64,000 nt of DNA. Origin: a virus. Below are positions 30,801 to 40,600 of the stretch, in pieces (position 1 is the first letter of the stretch; each line of letters starts with the position of its first letter). Where the stretch lies: IMG/VR virus record IMGVR_UViG_3300005805_000042. One strand, 5' to 3'. The notes below the pieces were generated by a model that worked only from the letters and a program-made list of their open reading frames with translations, did no database searches and had not been told where the DNA came from. The position numbers and the translations under genes were made by a program.

Positions 30801-33800
30801 TTAGGTACAAGTGGGAGTAACAGTATTAATTACATTTATGTTATTCGGTGCTGGAGTGGGTGTTATTCTTGGTGTGAATATTTGAATTGTGGTTGTAAGT
30901 CCAAGTTGTTTTGCCAAATTTACCGCAGTAATCAAATTAAGTTGGAGTGTGGTATTTTGTGTTTGTGAGGTACCTCTCGGATATGGCCAATTCTGTAAGA
31001 AATATGTTTCTATACTTTTTTGTCTGATTTCACCCAACGAATTTGTTACTCTATCTCTAACAAAATTAATGTAACCAAGAGCAGAATCAAACACCGCAAA
31101 AGGCATAGAAACTTCTGTAGTATTTTCGGTTTTCATCCTTCTACAAGCGTAAGTTCTCAAGAAGTATCTGTCTGCAGTTGCCCCATAATCGTAGTTAAGT
31201 GTTATCTTACCATAGTTGTTATTCGATGATACAAACTTATTATCAACACCTGTTGAGGCAAAGGACAGAACAAAAATTACAAACTTTATATCCGCGTCGT
31301 CGGTTGATTGATTCAATAACGAAACAAACCCTGCGGTGTTTAGTGAGGTACTAACACCAGCGATTGATTCATAACCTAAAGTATTCAAGTATGGTTCCTC
31401 AAGAACTTTAGACACACAAGAATTTTGAGTATCAACACTTGTACGAGTATCCGTTGATAGGTTTGCATTATTACCTTGAGTGGTGGTTGTAGTTGTCCCC
31501 CTTGAAGTATCTTTTTGTTGTTTTACATTCTTGAGTAGTTTAGTAACCAAGTTCTTGTTAATACTCTGTAGATACCCATCAAGGACAGGCAATGTAAAAA
31601 TACTTTGTCTAACACCATTAAACTTTGTTTGGAAGGTACCTGGAGCAATGGTATGTTGAACATCTGTAATCATATAAGACCCATTGAATAGGGGGACATG
31701 TCTTAAGTTAAAATACATCGTTGGTTGAATAAGAGCGTTACCAAAAGAGATGACTTCACACTCGTAACTCATATTCTTGTATATGTTATACAATGACACA
31801 TTTTGAGTTGCGGTGGTCCTTCCCGCAGCACTTGCCGACATCAAATTGATTTGTTGAATTGATTCAGAAGTTGCTTTACCCCCATTTTGAGAAATACTAA
31901 ATGAGTAAAATACATTTTGATTTCTTGTTCCAATATCAACATTAAATCCTACAACCCTGTTAGATAACGCCCAATCAGTTTTGTTTGTTTGGTCCTCAAT
32001 TAAAGGATTCAACTGTGATTCTCTTAAATCAAAAGCATCACTTCTAAACATATAGTTTTTGTTTTCACTCTGCATGTCTAAGTAAGTCGAAGGTCTTTCG
32101 GTGTAGAAACAAACCAGTTTTGGTCCTGAGTTTCTGTAATCTACATTCAAGAAGGTACCCCACATACTATTTGCGAAATCGCGTCCAGGTTCTATGTTCG
32201 GTTGTGCGGTGGCAGATACTTCTTGTACATTGTAAAAATTTACAAATGCCGGCATTGGCATTACCGAGAAATGGTTTTCAGTGAGTATACCACTAATAAA
32301 CACAAACACACTCATGTTGTAATTGAGATTGTCAGGGTTTACTAACTTCTGTAAATTAAAAATATCCAAGATAATCTTATCACCCACATTTCGTGAAGCC
32401 CTATCTAAGAACAAAATGTCTTCGAACAAAGTTTGGTTTGTGAAATCAGAACCCGCAATCCATTTATCGTTAAGCGCTTTAAAAGTCTCGTATAACTCAA
32501 CCTTACTTTGTTTAGAATCAAACTTAGATTGAATTGTTCTCTCAGGGAGTTCAGTAATATTTGGTAATTCTCTTCTTACCAAAGTCAAAGTATTATTTAG
32601 TGCGGTGTTTTGAAAACTCAAATTTACCGACAGATAATTTTGAACTGATTGCGCAAAACTTGTGCTGGTAATCGATGGGTCGTCGAGTTTTTGTGTGGCA
32701 TACATCTTAATCAACGGAGCTAAGAACTCAACATTTTGTTGGGTAAAAGCAATGTTGTTGTCAACAAAGAAATCCGTTAGGTATGACCCCCCATTTGTAT
32801 ATTGTAATTCAGGAATCTGTGAGAACCCAACATTTTCCCTCAAAGCAATCCACGCCGAAGGATTGTCAATTTGCGACTGAATTAATGTTGTGGTACCCCC
32901 CACGGTGGGCAAAGACCCGTTGACATAGGGTTGAAACGGGATGGGGTCAACAACAATGTTATTTCCTGTGATGTATGTCAGATAAGAATCGGTTTCTCTT
33001 CTTTTGTATTGCGTTGGGTTACCAATTCTAAGTGCAACATCAAATTCCATAAGATTTTGAATCTCACTAATTGACTTAGAGAATTGGTCATCGATAATTT
33101 TTTTGAATAGGTCTTCTTGGGAGGCAAATGTTACGGGTAGGGGAACACTCATTAGTTCTCTAAAGAGAAGTTGAAAGTTTCTATAGGATTCGTTTGTTGA
33201 GTTTCCTTGTGGGCTCACCCCCCTTGTAGATGCTGTTGATTCATCGATAATAAAGTCACCGTCTCCCACTTGTGTGTCAAAATTGAGAACTGACTGAGAA
33301 AACTTAAGATATTCCCTTTCGAATAGGTCGAGTGTCTGTTTTTCGAATGTCCCAAGTAAGTCATCTATTTTTGAGTAATTGTCAGAGACTAAAGTGCTTG
33401 TGGTGTTATTAATAAATCTAAATGGTGCAACATCCCCCAACAACGGAATTAAGTTTATGTATGCGTCATAGTCGGGTCTTTGAATATCGGTTGTGTCCAA
33501 ATATCCGTAGTTTGGCATCTTCCAAAAAGTTCTTACCGAACCATTATACAGGGAAGGGTTGTTAATTAAATCCTCGGTCAACACACCCGCTTGATTGAAT
33601 GCCACCTCACGAAACTGATTTTGGTTGGTACCAAAGGAAGGAAGAACATAATAATTTGTTTTAGGTGTAGAGGGTGGGGTGTTACAAACCAACTGATTTG
33701 GATTAGAAGGTTCTACCGTATCAGGAATAATGGAACTATATGTGTTGAGGTTTACTATTCTATCTAACCCTGTTGTATCAACTGTTGAAACAAAGATATT

Positions 33801-36800
33801 TGACTCCGATAGGTTTTGTACTTTGAAACCTTGAGCTAAAGACTGATTGATTTCACTATCGCTATAGTTAGTCCAAAGGTCTACACCATTTAGGAAGTAG
33901 TTAAAATCATTAATTGTCTTGGGGTAAAATCCAATTTGAAGTTCATCATACTGCGTTGTACCATCAAATTCAGTCTCTTGAAGGGTGATAGTACCCACCC
34001 CATTAAGGGTGTAACTGGTGGTTGTTGAACCACTAACGGGGTCATAGTTGTTAATGTAATCAAAGTCAGTCCATATGGGACTCAAAATATCCTGTCCTGT
34101 CTGAATAAACTCCTTGTATCTGTGCCAAATGGAACCATACTTTAAAATCCAAACATATGGTAGTCGGTGTACCGCACCGAACTTCTTCATACTCGCAAAT
34201 ATAAAGTCAAGTGGGAGTCCCGAATCTAAAGTCTTGTATCTCTCTTTAAGGGTCGCCAAGGGCAATGAATTTAGAAAAAGATATGCGGCTTGTTTGTAAG
34301 GAGCGGTCACACTGTTCTTTTGATTTTGAACACCATACTGAATAGCGTTGATAAAATATGGCGTGTTCAACATCGAAGTTGTTGTACGACCAATTGTTCC
34401 TAATTGATTTGGAACAAACCCTTCCGTTGGTAAGAGTTCCGATGCCCCTCTCCCTAAGAAAAACTCTGCCAGTCCGTCTCTCAAATTGGGGGATTCAACT
34501 TCCAAGTAAGAAAAAGTTGTTACTGGTCTAACAGAAGTCTTGTCCAAAGCATCTTCGAAGTTGGTAATCAAGTTTTTCGGACCGTATACCTTGTATGTTC
34601 TTGTGGTGTTAAACACACGATTATAATCACCAGTGAACAAGTAGTTGTTTAGATAAGTTGCGTTCCACAGAGTGTCTGTAAAGGGGTATGTGTCAGTTAT
34701 TTGAGGTAGATTGGTATTGGTAGTTGAGAGAAGTTGTTCAAGATACTGAATCTGTGGTAATGAAAAGTTTTGAGTTTGAACAGATGTTGATAAACTATTC
34801 ATCGATAAAATCGACGAGCTGTTGTTTATCTCATCTCTTAAGTATCCTGTAATGTAAAAATCACGAACAAAATTGTTCCAATCCCTACCTGTTCCATCAT
34901 TGGATATGGTAGATAGGAATTCTACATAATTGTTAGCGGTAAGTGGAAAGTTTTTTAATTTTAAAATGATATAGGGAGCACTAATCCCCAAACTTGAGAC
35001 AATATTGTTGGATTCTACATTCGAAACAAGTTCTGAGACACCAGTTTCCAACGGTGTCCCAACCACTCTTGCCAATCCCGTATATCTTGGATATATGAAA
35101 CTTCTCTCGTAAATCTCATAGAAGAATCTTACTTCTTCTTTGTTGAGGTACGCAAAGTTTACATACGGGAACTCAAGAGCATTGATGTTTAATACCGAAG
35201 TCACCTGCCCACTATTCTCCAAAGGAGGTTGAGTAATTGACGGTTGGAACTTCTGAGCAACCCCCTTGAGGTATTCTTCAACAAATTCAACCTCAGGCCA
35301 CTTGTCGTACAGATACCCCTTTGTAAGATTTACAATCGATGGGTCACCAGGATACGCCAATTCGTACCTGTTTTTCTGTGGGTTAAAGTTCCCACCAGCA
35401 ACACCGGTACCAGTAATATTATTTTCAATAAAAACCTGTGGCCATGGGTAGACAGGTTCTTCAGAGCTTCGTGCCGCATCGGATGCGTTAGCGGCATACT
35501 GAACATTTCTACCCGTGTCGGAATTGGGAACCGTAGTTGAATTATTAAACACAACACTTCTTCTAACAGGGTCCGTTCTAACATCCCACGACTTTCTATG
35601 AACCTCATCCATTAATCTAATAAATGCTTCGGTGGACGCAAACATAACCGCCATCACATTTCTTACCGTAGGAACAAAACCTAATCCGTTTGTAGAGGCA
35701 ATTGTCTCAGCTAGTTTTGCACTTATTTCAGTCTCGAGATTCGAGACCTTTTTGTCCAAGTCAGCTTGCATGGTTCTAATTAAAGTATCAAACCTACCAG
35801 GTCCTTCAAAAATGAAAAAAGGTTTTTTAACCTCTTTAATACCCTGAGGAGTTATTTCTACGGTGACATTAAATTGATTTTTTAAAAGTTGTACAAAAAA
35901 GTCCGCAGTCTGTCCTGATGTAGGATTAACAATCCCTGTCTGTTGTCTTAGTGTCCGAATAACATCGACTTGGCTTGGGTCAATTGTTGCAATAAAAGTT
36001 TTTTGAGTGATAGAGTTATCAATCTTTAAATTTTTTACTCCTCTTGTCTCACCAAAGGTTCTGTTTTCATTTAATCTTAAATTAAATGAATCAACCTCAG
36101 CCTTTAGTTCAGTTAAACCTTGTTCTCTTTCTTGGGGACCTAACTCTGTTTTAAAACCAAAAACAATTGTCTCGTCCTTTAGAACATACGGATTTGGATT
36201 GATGTATTTTGTAAACCATGAATTTTTATCACCCCTTAACTTTTTGAAGTATTCATCCAAGTATTTTCCATAAGAAGTTGCATCGGTTAAAGGTTGTAAA
36301 TCCGCCTTACCCTTAAACTCATCTAACAAATCTTGTTCGAGGTGTTGAAGTTTGTACGCCATCTCCGCAACGGTGATTTCAGGGAAATCAAGAGGAATCA
36401 ACCCCTTAGCCTTATACTCCCCGTACATCTCCTTAATTTTTTGCATCCCCCTCTCAGAAATGGACTCAATACTCGTTTGAGTACTCGACACCGTCGCATC
36501 TCCCGTTAAGTTACCCTCAGACAACGCTTGGTTGATAACACTCCTATCTTGAAGACCAACATCAGTTTGTGTGATGTTAAAAGTCTTACTATACATGTGA
36601 GGTGTCGCAATCAAATGTCCTAAGGAAATTTCATTGAGGATATTGTATTTATATCCGTAAAACTGACAGGTGATTTGGTAGTTACCACTAAAGGTGTTAA
36701 ACCTCGCATCAAACTTGTGAAGATTTAATTGATATCTAATGGCTTGTCCGTACCATCCCTTCATTGTCAGGTAAAAGGGGGGATAAGGTAAATTAAAAAA

Positions 36801-37373
36801 CGCAGCATAAGGTGATTGGTCACCCGATTCAAATAACGCTTTACCCTGTATGTCTTCGAGTTCTATCGTTACTTCAGGGATAAATGACATAGTGGTTCTT
36901 ACTTGAATACTAGTAATACCAAGTAAACCTGGGTCTATTACTCTACCTCTGTTGTCCGTTGCAGTGAATTGTTTGTAAAACTTTTGTCCATTTTGGTCGT
37001 TACTAACAACTGTTTCATATCTCTGAAGTCTTGCCTTACCTTGATTCGAGTTTTGTCCCGTTAGGTCGTCATAGTAACCAGTATTGAGAAACTCATCATC
37101 ATTTGGTTTAAGAAAGTTAATTGAGGCGATAGAAATTGTTCTAAGGTTGTCTTGGGGGGTACCTCCGATGGCAAGTTTTGTTCTTGGCAGAACTTGTGCT
37201 TCCAAGTTAGCGTACATAACTAAATTTTCGTGGTCAACAAGTCTTTCCTCAATAATGTTTTTTCCACCATTACCGATTCGTGAGGTTTTGTTGGGGTCTA
37301 CTAATATTATGTTATTGTAATCTGCCTCAACAAATATGTTCCCCGAGTTGTCCCCGAATACATTACCTGCCAT
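30801..37373 (-). CDS. Giant baseplate hub / tail-associated protein
   Basis: 2190 aa. N-terminal GITSIQVR...PEVTIELED and later FGNALIQPTMYFNL...GSYMITDVQHTI...FQTKFNG resemble gp27/gp44-type hub folds; follows a LysM gene. Confidence 0.6.
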   Translation of the reverse strand: MAGNVFGDNSGNIFVEADYNNIILVDPNKTSRIGNGGKNIIEERLVDHENLVMYANLEAQVLPRTKLAIGGTPQDNLRTISIASINFLKPNDDEFLNTGYYDDLTGQNSNQGKARLQRYETVVSNDQNGQKFYKQFTATDNRGRVIDPGLLGITSIQVRTTMSFIPEVTIELEDIQGKALFESGDQSPYAAFFNLPYPPFYLTMKGWYGQAIRYQLNLHKFDARFNTFSGNYQITCQFYGYKYNILNEISLGHLIATPHMYSKTFNITQTDVGLQDRSVINQALSEGNLTGDATVSSTQTSIESISERGMQKIKEMYGEYKAKGLIPLDFPEITVAEMAYKLQHLEQDLLDEFKGKADLQPLTDATSYGKYLDEYFKKLRGDKNSWFTKYINPNPYVLKDETIVFGFKTELGPQEREQGLTELKAEVDSFNLRLNENRTFGETRGVKNLKIDNSITQKTFIATIDPSQVDVIRTLRQQTGIVNPTSGQTADFFVQLLKNQFNVTVEITPQGIKEVKKPFFIFEGPGRFDTLIRTMQADLDKKVSNLETEISAKLAETIASTNGLGFVPTVRNVMAVMFASTEAFIRLMDEVHRKSWDVRTDPVRRSVVFNNSTTVPNSDTGRNVQYAANASDAARSSEEPVYPWPQVFIENNITGTGVAGGNFNPQKNRYELAYPGDPSIVNLTKGYLYDKWPEVEFVEEYLKGVAQKFQPSITQPPLENSGQVTSVLNINALEFPYVNFAYLNKEEVRFFYEIYERSFIYPRYTGLARVVGTPLETGVSELVSNVESNNIVSSLGISAPYIILKLKNFPLTANNYVEFLSTISNDGTGRDWNNFVRDFYITGYLRDEINNSSSILSMNSLSTSVQTQNFSLPQIQYLEQLLSTTNTNLPQITDTYPFTDTLWNATYLNNYLFTGDYNRVFNTTRTYKVYGPKNLITNFEDALDKTSVRPVTTFSYLEVESPNLRDGLAEFFLGRGASELLPTEGFVPNQLGTIGRTTTSMLNTPYFINAIQYGVQNQKNSVTAPYKQAAYLFLNSLPLATLKERYKTLDSGLPLDFIFASMKKFGAVHRLPYVWILKYGSIWHRYKEFIQTGQDILSPIWTDFDYINNYDPVSGSTTTSYTLNGVGTITLQETEFDGTTQYDELQIGFYPKTINDFNYFLNGVDLWTNYSDSEINQSLAQGFKVQNLSESNIFVSTVDTTGLDRIVNLNTYSSIIPDTVEPSNPNQLVCNTPPSTPKTNYYVLPSFGTNQNQFREVAFNQAGVLTEDLINNPSLYNGSVRTFWKMPNYGYLDTTDIQRPDYDAYINLIPLLGDVAPFRFINNTTSTLVSDNYSKIDDLLGTFEKQTLDLFEREYLKFSQSVLNFDTQVGDGDFIIDESTASTRGVSPQGNSTNESYRNFQLLFRELMSVPLPVTFASQEDLFKKIIDDQFSKSISEIQNLMEFDVALRIGNPTQYKRRETDSYLTYITGNNIVVDPIPFQPYVNGSLPTVGGTTTLIQSQIDNPSAWIALRENVGFSQIPELQYTNGGSYLTDFFVDNNIAFTQQNVEFLAPLIKMYATQKLDDPSITSTSFAQSVQNYLSVNLSFQNTALNNTLTLVRRELPNITELPERTIQSKFDSKQSKVELYETFKALNDKWIAGSDFTNQTLFEDILFLDRASRNVGDKIILDIFNLQKLVNPDNLNYNMSVFVFISGILTENHFSVMPMPAFVNFYNVQEVSATAQPNIEPGRDFANSMWGTFLNVDYRNSGPKLVCFYTERPSTYLDMQSENKNYMFRSDAFDLRESQLNPLIEDQTNKTDWALSNRVVGFNVDIGTRNQNVFYSFSISQNGGKATSESIQQINLMSASAAGRTTATQNVSLYNIYKNMSYECEVISFGNALIQPTMYFNLRHVPLFNGSYMITDVQHTIAPGTFQTKFNGVRQSIFTLPVLDGYLQSINKNLVTKLLKNVKQQKDTSRGTTTTTTQGNNANLSTDTRTSVDTQNSCVSKVLEEPYLNTLGYESIAGVSTSLNTAGFVSLLNQSTDDADIKFVIFVLSFASTGVDNKFVSSNNNYGKITLNYDYGATADRYFLRTYACRRMKTENTTEVSMPFAVFDSALGYINFVRDRVTNSLGEIRQKSIETYFLQNWPYPRGTSQTQNTTLQLNLITAVNLAKQLGLTTTIQIFTPRITPTPAPNNINVINTVTPTCT

Positions 37374-37686
37374 AATAATAGAAATAGTTTTCCACAGTCA
37401 ATTTATAGTCCTGAAGAGAAGTTATTAAAGGATATGGAATATTCAAGACAGCGCCATCGTATATGTTATTTTCCAATCCACCAAATTCAGGATTAGCTTG
37501 AAGAATTAACCAAGAAAAAAATGGTGTACCATAATATTCTTGAGATACCGTGTCCAATCTACTTCTTCCGACTTTGTAAATAAAAATTTTGTCTGAAGGT
37601 TTTGGTGCAAGTGGAACAAACGGAACAATGGTGGTTTGTCCGTTTATTTCAAAGGGGGTATATCGATTATAATAATTAAATGCCAT
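37363..37686 (-). CDS. LysM-like baseplate protein (T4 gp53 / P2 gpX-like)
   Basis: RLDTVSQEYYG...WLILQANP...GAVLNIP; start reassigned to ATG 37686 (TAATG overlap). Confidence 0.8.
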   Translation of the reverse strand: MAFNYYNRYTPFEINGQTTIVPFVPLAPKPSDKIFIYKVGRSRLDTVSQEYYGTPFFSWLILQANPEFGGLENNIYDGAVLNIPYPLITSLQDYKLTVENYFYYYGR

Positions 37687-40600
37687 TATAATAATTGTGC
37701 CTTTCCAATTATAACATTTGCACCAACTGAAGTGGTCCAAGATGTTGTATTGGAGTCAATGTTATTTTTATTACCCAAGTTTTTAATTAATTGTATTTGT
37801 TCAGCTGTTGGTTGTAAAATGGTTTCGTAGGTAAATACCCTTTCTTTGTTAAGATTAAATGGCGTAAAGTTCAAATATTCCCTCAAAGCATTTGTTTGGA
37901 AATCTGTTAAGAAGGTATTTGTTGCTGCGTTCTCCGATAGATATGCAGGTCTTGCCACACCCTTCCAATAGTTATCGAATGATTGTTCAACTTGAACAAA
38001 AGTGACATTACCCAACACCCCTTGGTTATCTCTTAAATTACCGATAATAGATTCCTTGAAAGTGTTGTAACGATTTTCATCTAATATTTGTTGTGACAAA
38101 ATAAAGTATTCCCTTCTATTTGCCTCACTATCCCAAAACACATCATCAGTGAATGGTTCAAATACTTGTGATTTAACAGCATCTTGGTCAGGAAGGTCCG
38201 TCGTAAAATATCCTGTGTAAACTTTACCACTTACATTTGCAGTATACTGACTTTCAATTACATTATTAAATTCGGTAAGTGCCGAAGCAACCACTCCAAT
38301 ATCTTGAATAAGTTCTTCAAGAGTATTTGTCACCCCTGCAGAGGAAGCTGATATTGCCGATGTTCCTGAGATGTTTATAACAACGGCATTACCCTTTGTG
38401 GTTTGAAATCCGTCCATACCTAAGGTTGGGTCACTATCGAAATATGGAATTACATTCGCCCTTGAAAGTGTTTGAATATATGATGTTTGAGTATCAACTA
38501 AGTTTTGAAGAATTGTTGTTGCCCCGTTTTGGAAATCACCTCTGAAGTTAGCTACATAATCTTTGTAATTATTTTTTATTGCTCTTATAGTTTTATTCGA
38601 AAATATTCTAACATCATCAACTAAATATTTTATAAATCCATCTTGGTCATTAGTAATGTCCGAGGTAAATGACTCAAAAACACTATTAACATCACTTTCA
38701 AATTTTGATGGTTTACCAAACAATGGTACATCATATCCAGCACCAGTTACCAACATTTCGCCATCAGTGTATCTTCTTGAAAAACTAAATTGTTGCCTCA
38801 CGGCGTTGTTATATTGTAAATTTAAATCTCTTATCTTATTGTTAACGGTGGTAAAATAGGTTTGCGTTTGACCCACTAACAGAGTCATAAAGTCTTGGTA
38901 AGCAATCGTACCTATATCACCATTAGGGGTATTTGTAGTGGTCAAAATACGACCAATCGTTTCTAAATTACTACTAGGTTGTGTAGATTGAACTTGGTTT
39001 AATGTTGGTGGTGGTACCTTAAGATTAAGTTGTTGAATGAACTCTTGGTCTAATACTTTGTAACTATCGTCTGTTGCATCCGCCCTATCGTCGTATATTT
39101 CAGTGTTCGCATAGAAGTTGAACGACAACGCATTTTGAAGTTTGTCTACCGATTCTTTTAAACCTTGACCACCAACAAATTGAAATGAAAGTGTTACATT
39201 AGCAATCATCGGTTGAACACCAATCCCTTCAGGATTTAAATCTAAATCTTCATAAGTAATCGATAAGTTTTCTGGTATAATCTTAGAATGAAAAAAGTCA
39301 CCAACTCTCAATACTAATACGGGAGGTGCTCCGAAGGCTGTGTTCACCGCATTATTATACTGAAGACTGGTTCCACCTTGTTTGTCAGTTTTTACAGTTG
39401 GAATTGTGTCTCCAGGTCTCATACACTGTTGAAGGAATGTCAATCTTGAATTGAGACCTTCAGGTGTTATAGAGTGGAATGCAGGATGAAAGAACTTTAG
39501 TTTTTCTTTTAAACTGTCATAGACCATTGGGGTTTGTTCTTTGATTACTTCAAAGTAATCACACTCAGATAATAAACTACGAAGAACTCTTTTAGTGATG
39601 TTGTCTCTAAAAACAGTTTCTTCAACCACTTGTGTGACAGGTGGTTTCGGTCTTCTTTGTTCAATGATTTGTTCATCATAGAATGGAATTTCTTCAGGAA
39701 CATCAATATCAGTAGTAGGTGGAACTTGTTTGAACTCAATGTTTGTAATTGCCGTTCTACGACAAGCCATCGCATTTACACTATAAACTTGTGATGTTCT
39801 TGAAAGAGAATCTTGACCAGTACATTGATAAGTACCAAAAGCACGACCGTCCAAACCAACAGGTTTCACATCTTTGGCTAATTCTCCTTGTGTAATTTGA
39901 GTGATAGTTAATCTTTTAGGGGAAGTTTCCATAAACTTTTTTAATTGACCAATACTTTCAATATATTTGATTGCGGAAACCATTCTTCTTTGTGAAAGAA
40001 GTTCGTTGTATGGCACTGTTTGAGGGTTAGAGGCACTACTCTCTAAAACTAAATGACATGTTGCCGTCTCATCGTTTTCTAAATCCTTACTAAGTTGGAT
40101 TAACATTTCCTCAATAGCGCTTTTATTTCCCTCAACAACTTGAGTGAAAAATTCTGAAACTTGAGTTTGTTCATTTATTTTTGAACTCTCAACTGAATAT
40201 ATTTCTTTGTTTGCAGAACTAGTATAAGTACCATAATAAACCTCATAATTATTTACCTCTATATTTGGTTTAGGTATGTCATTTTCAAAATACAAACCAT
40301 AATTCTGAAGTTTTAAATAATCAAACCCTGATGTAGTGAAACTTGATTGAGAACCTGATGGACTATATCCTCCACCAGCAGTTCCACCGGCACTAGTGTC
40401 AAATCCCCCACTTTGAACACTTCTTACATAGTACTCCACATCCTCCCCTGAAACATTTTTTGTTTCTAATCTTTGTTGAATCTCAAAAATATCACTTGGG
40501 TTCACCGTGTAATACTTTCTTGCTAGTTCATACAAATCATATTTTCTACAACCGGCAAAAAATGAATCTAATATTTCATCAGCCCTTTGACTTAAGTTTG

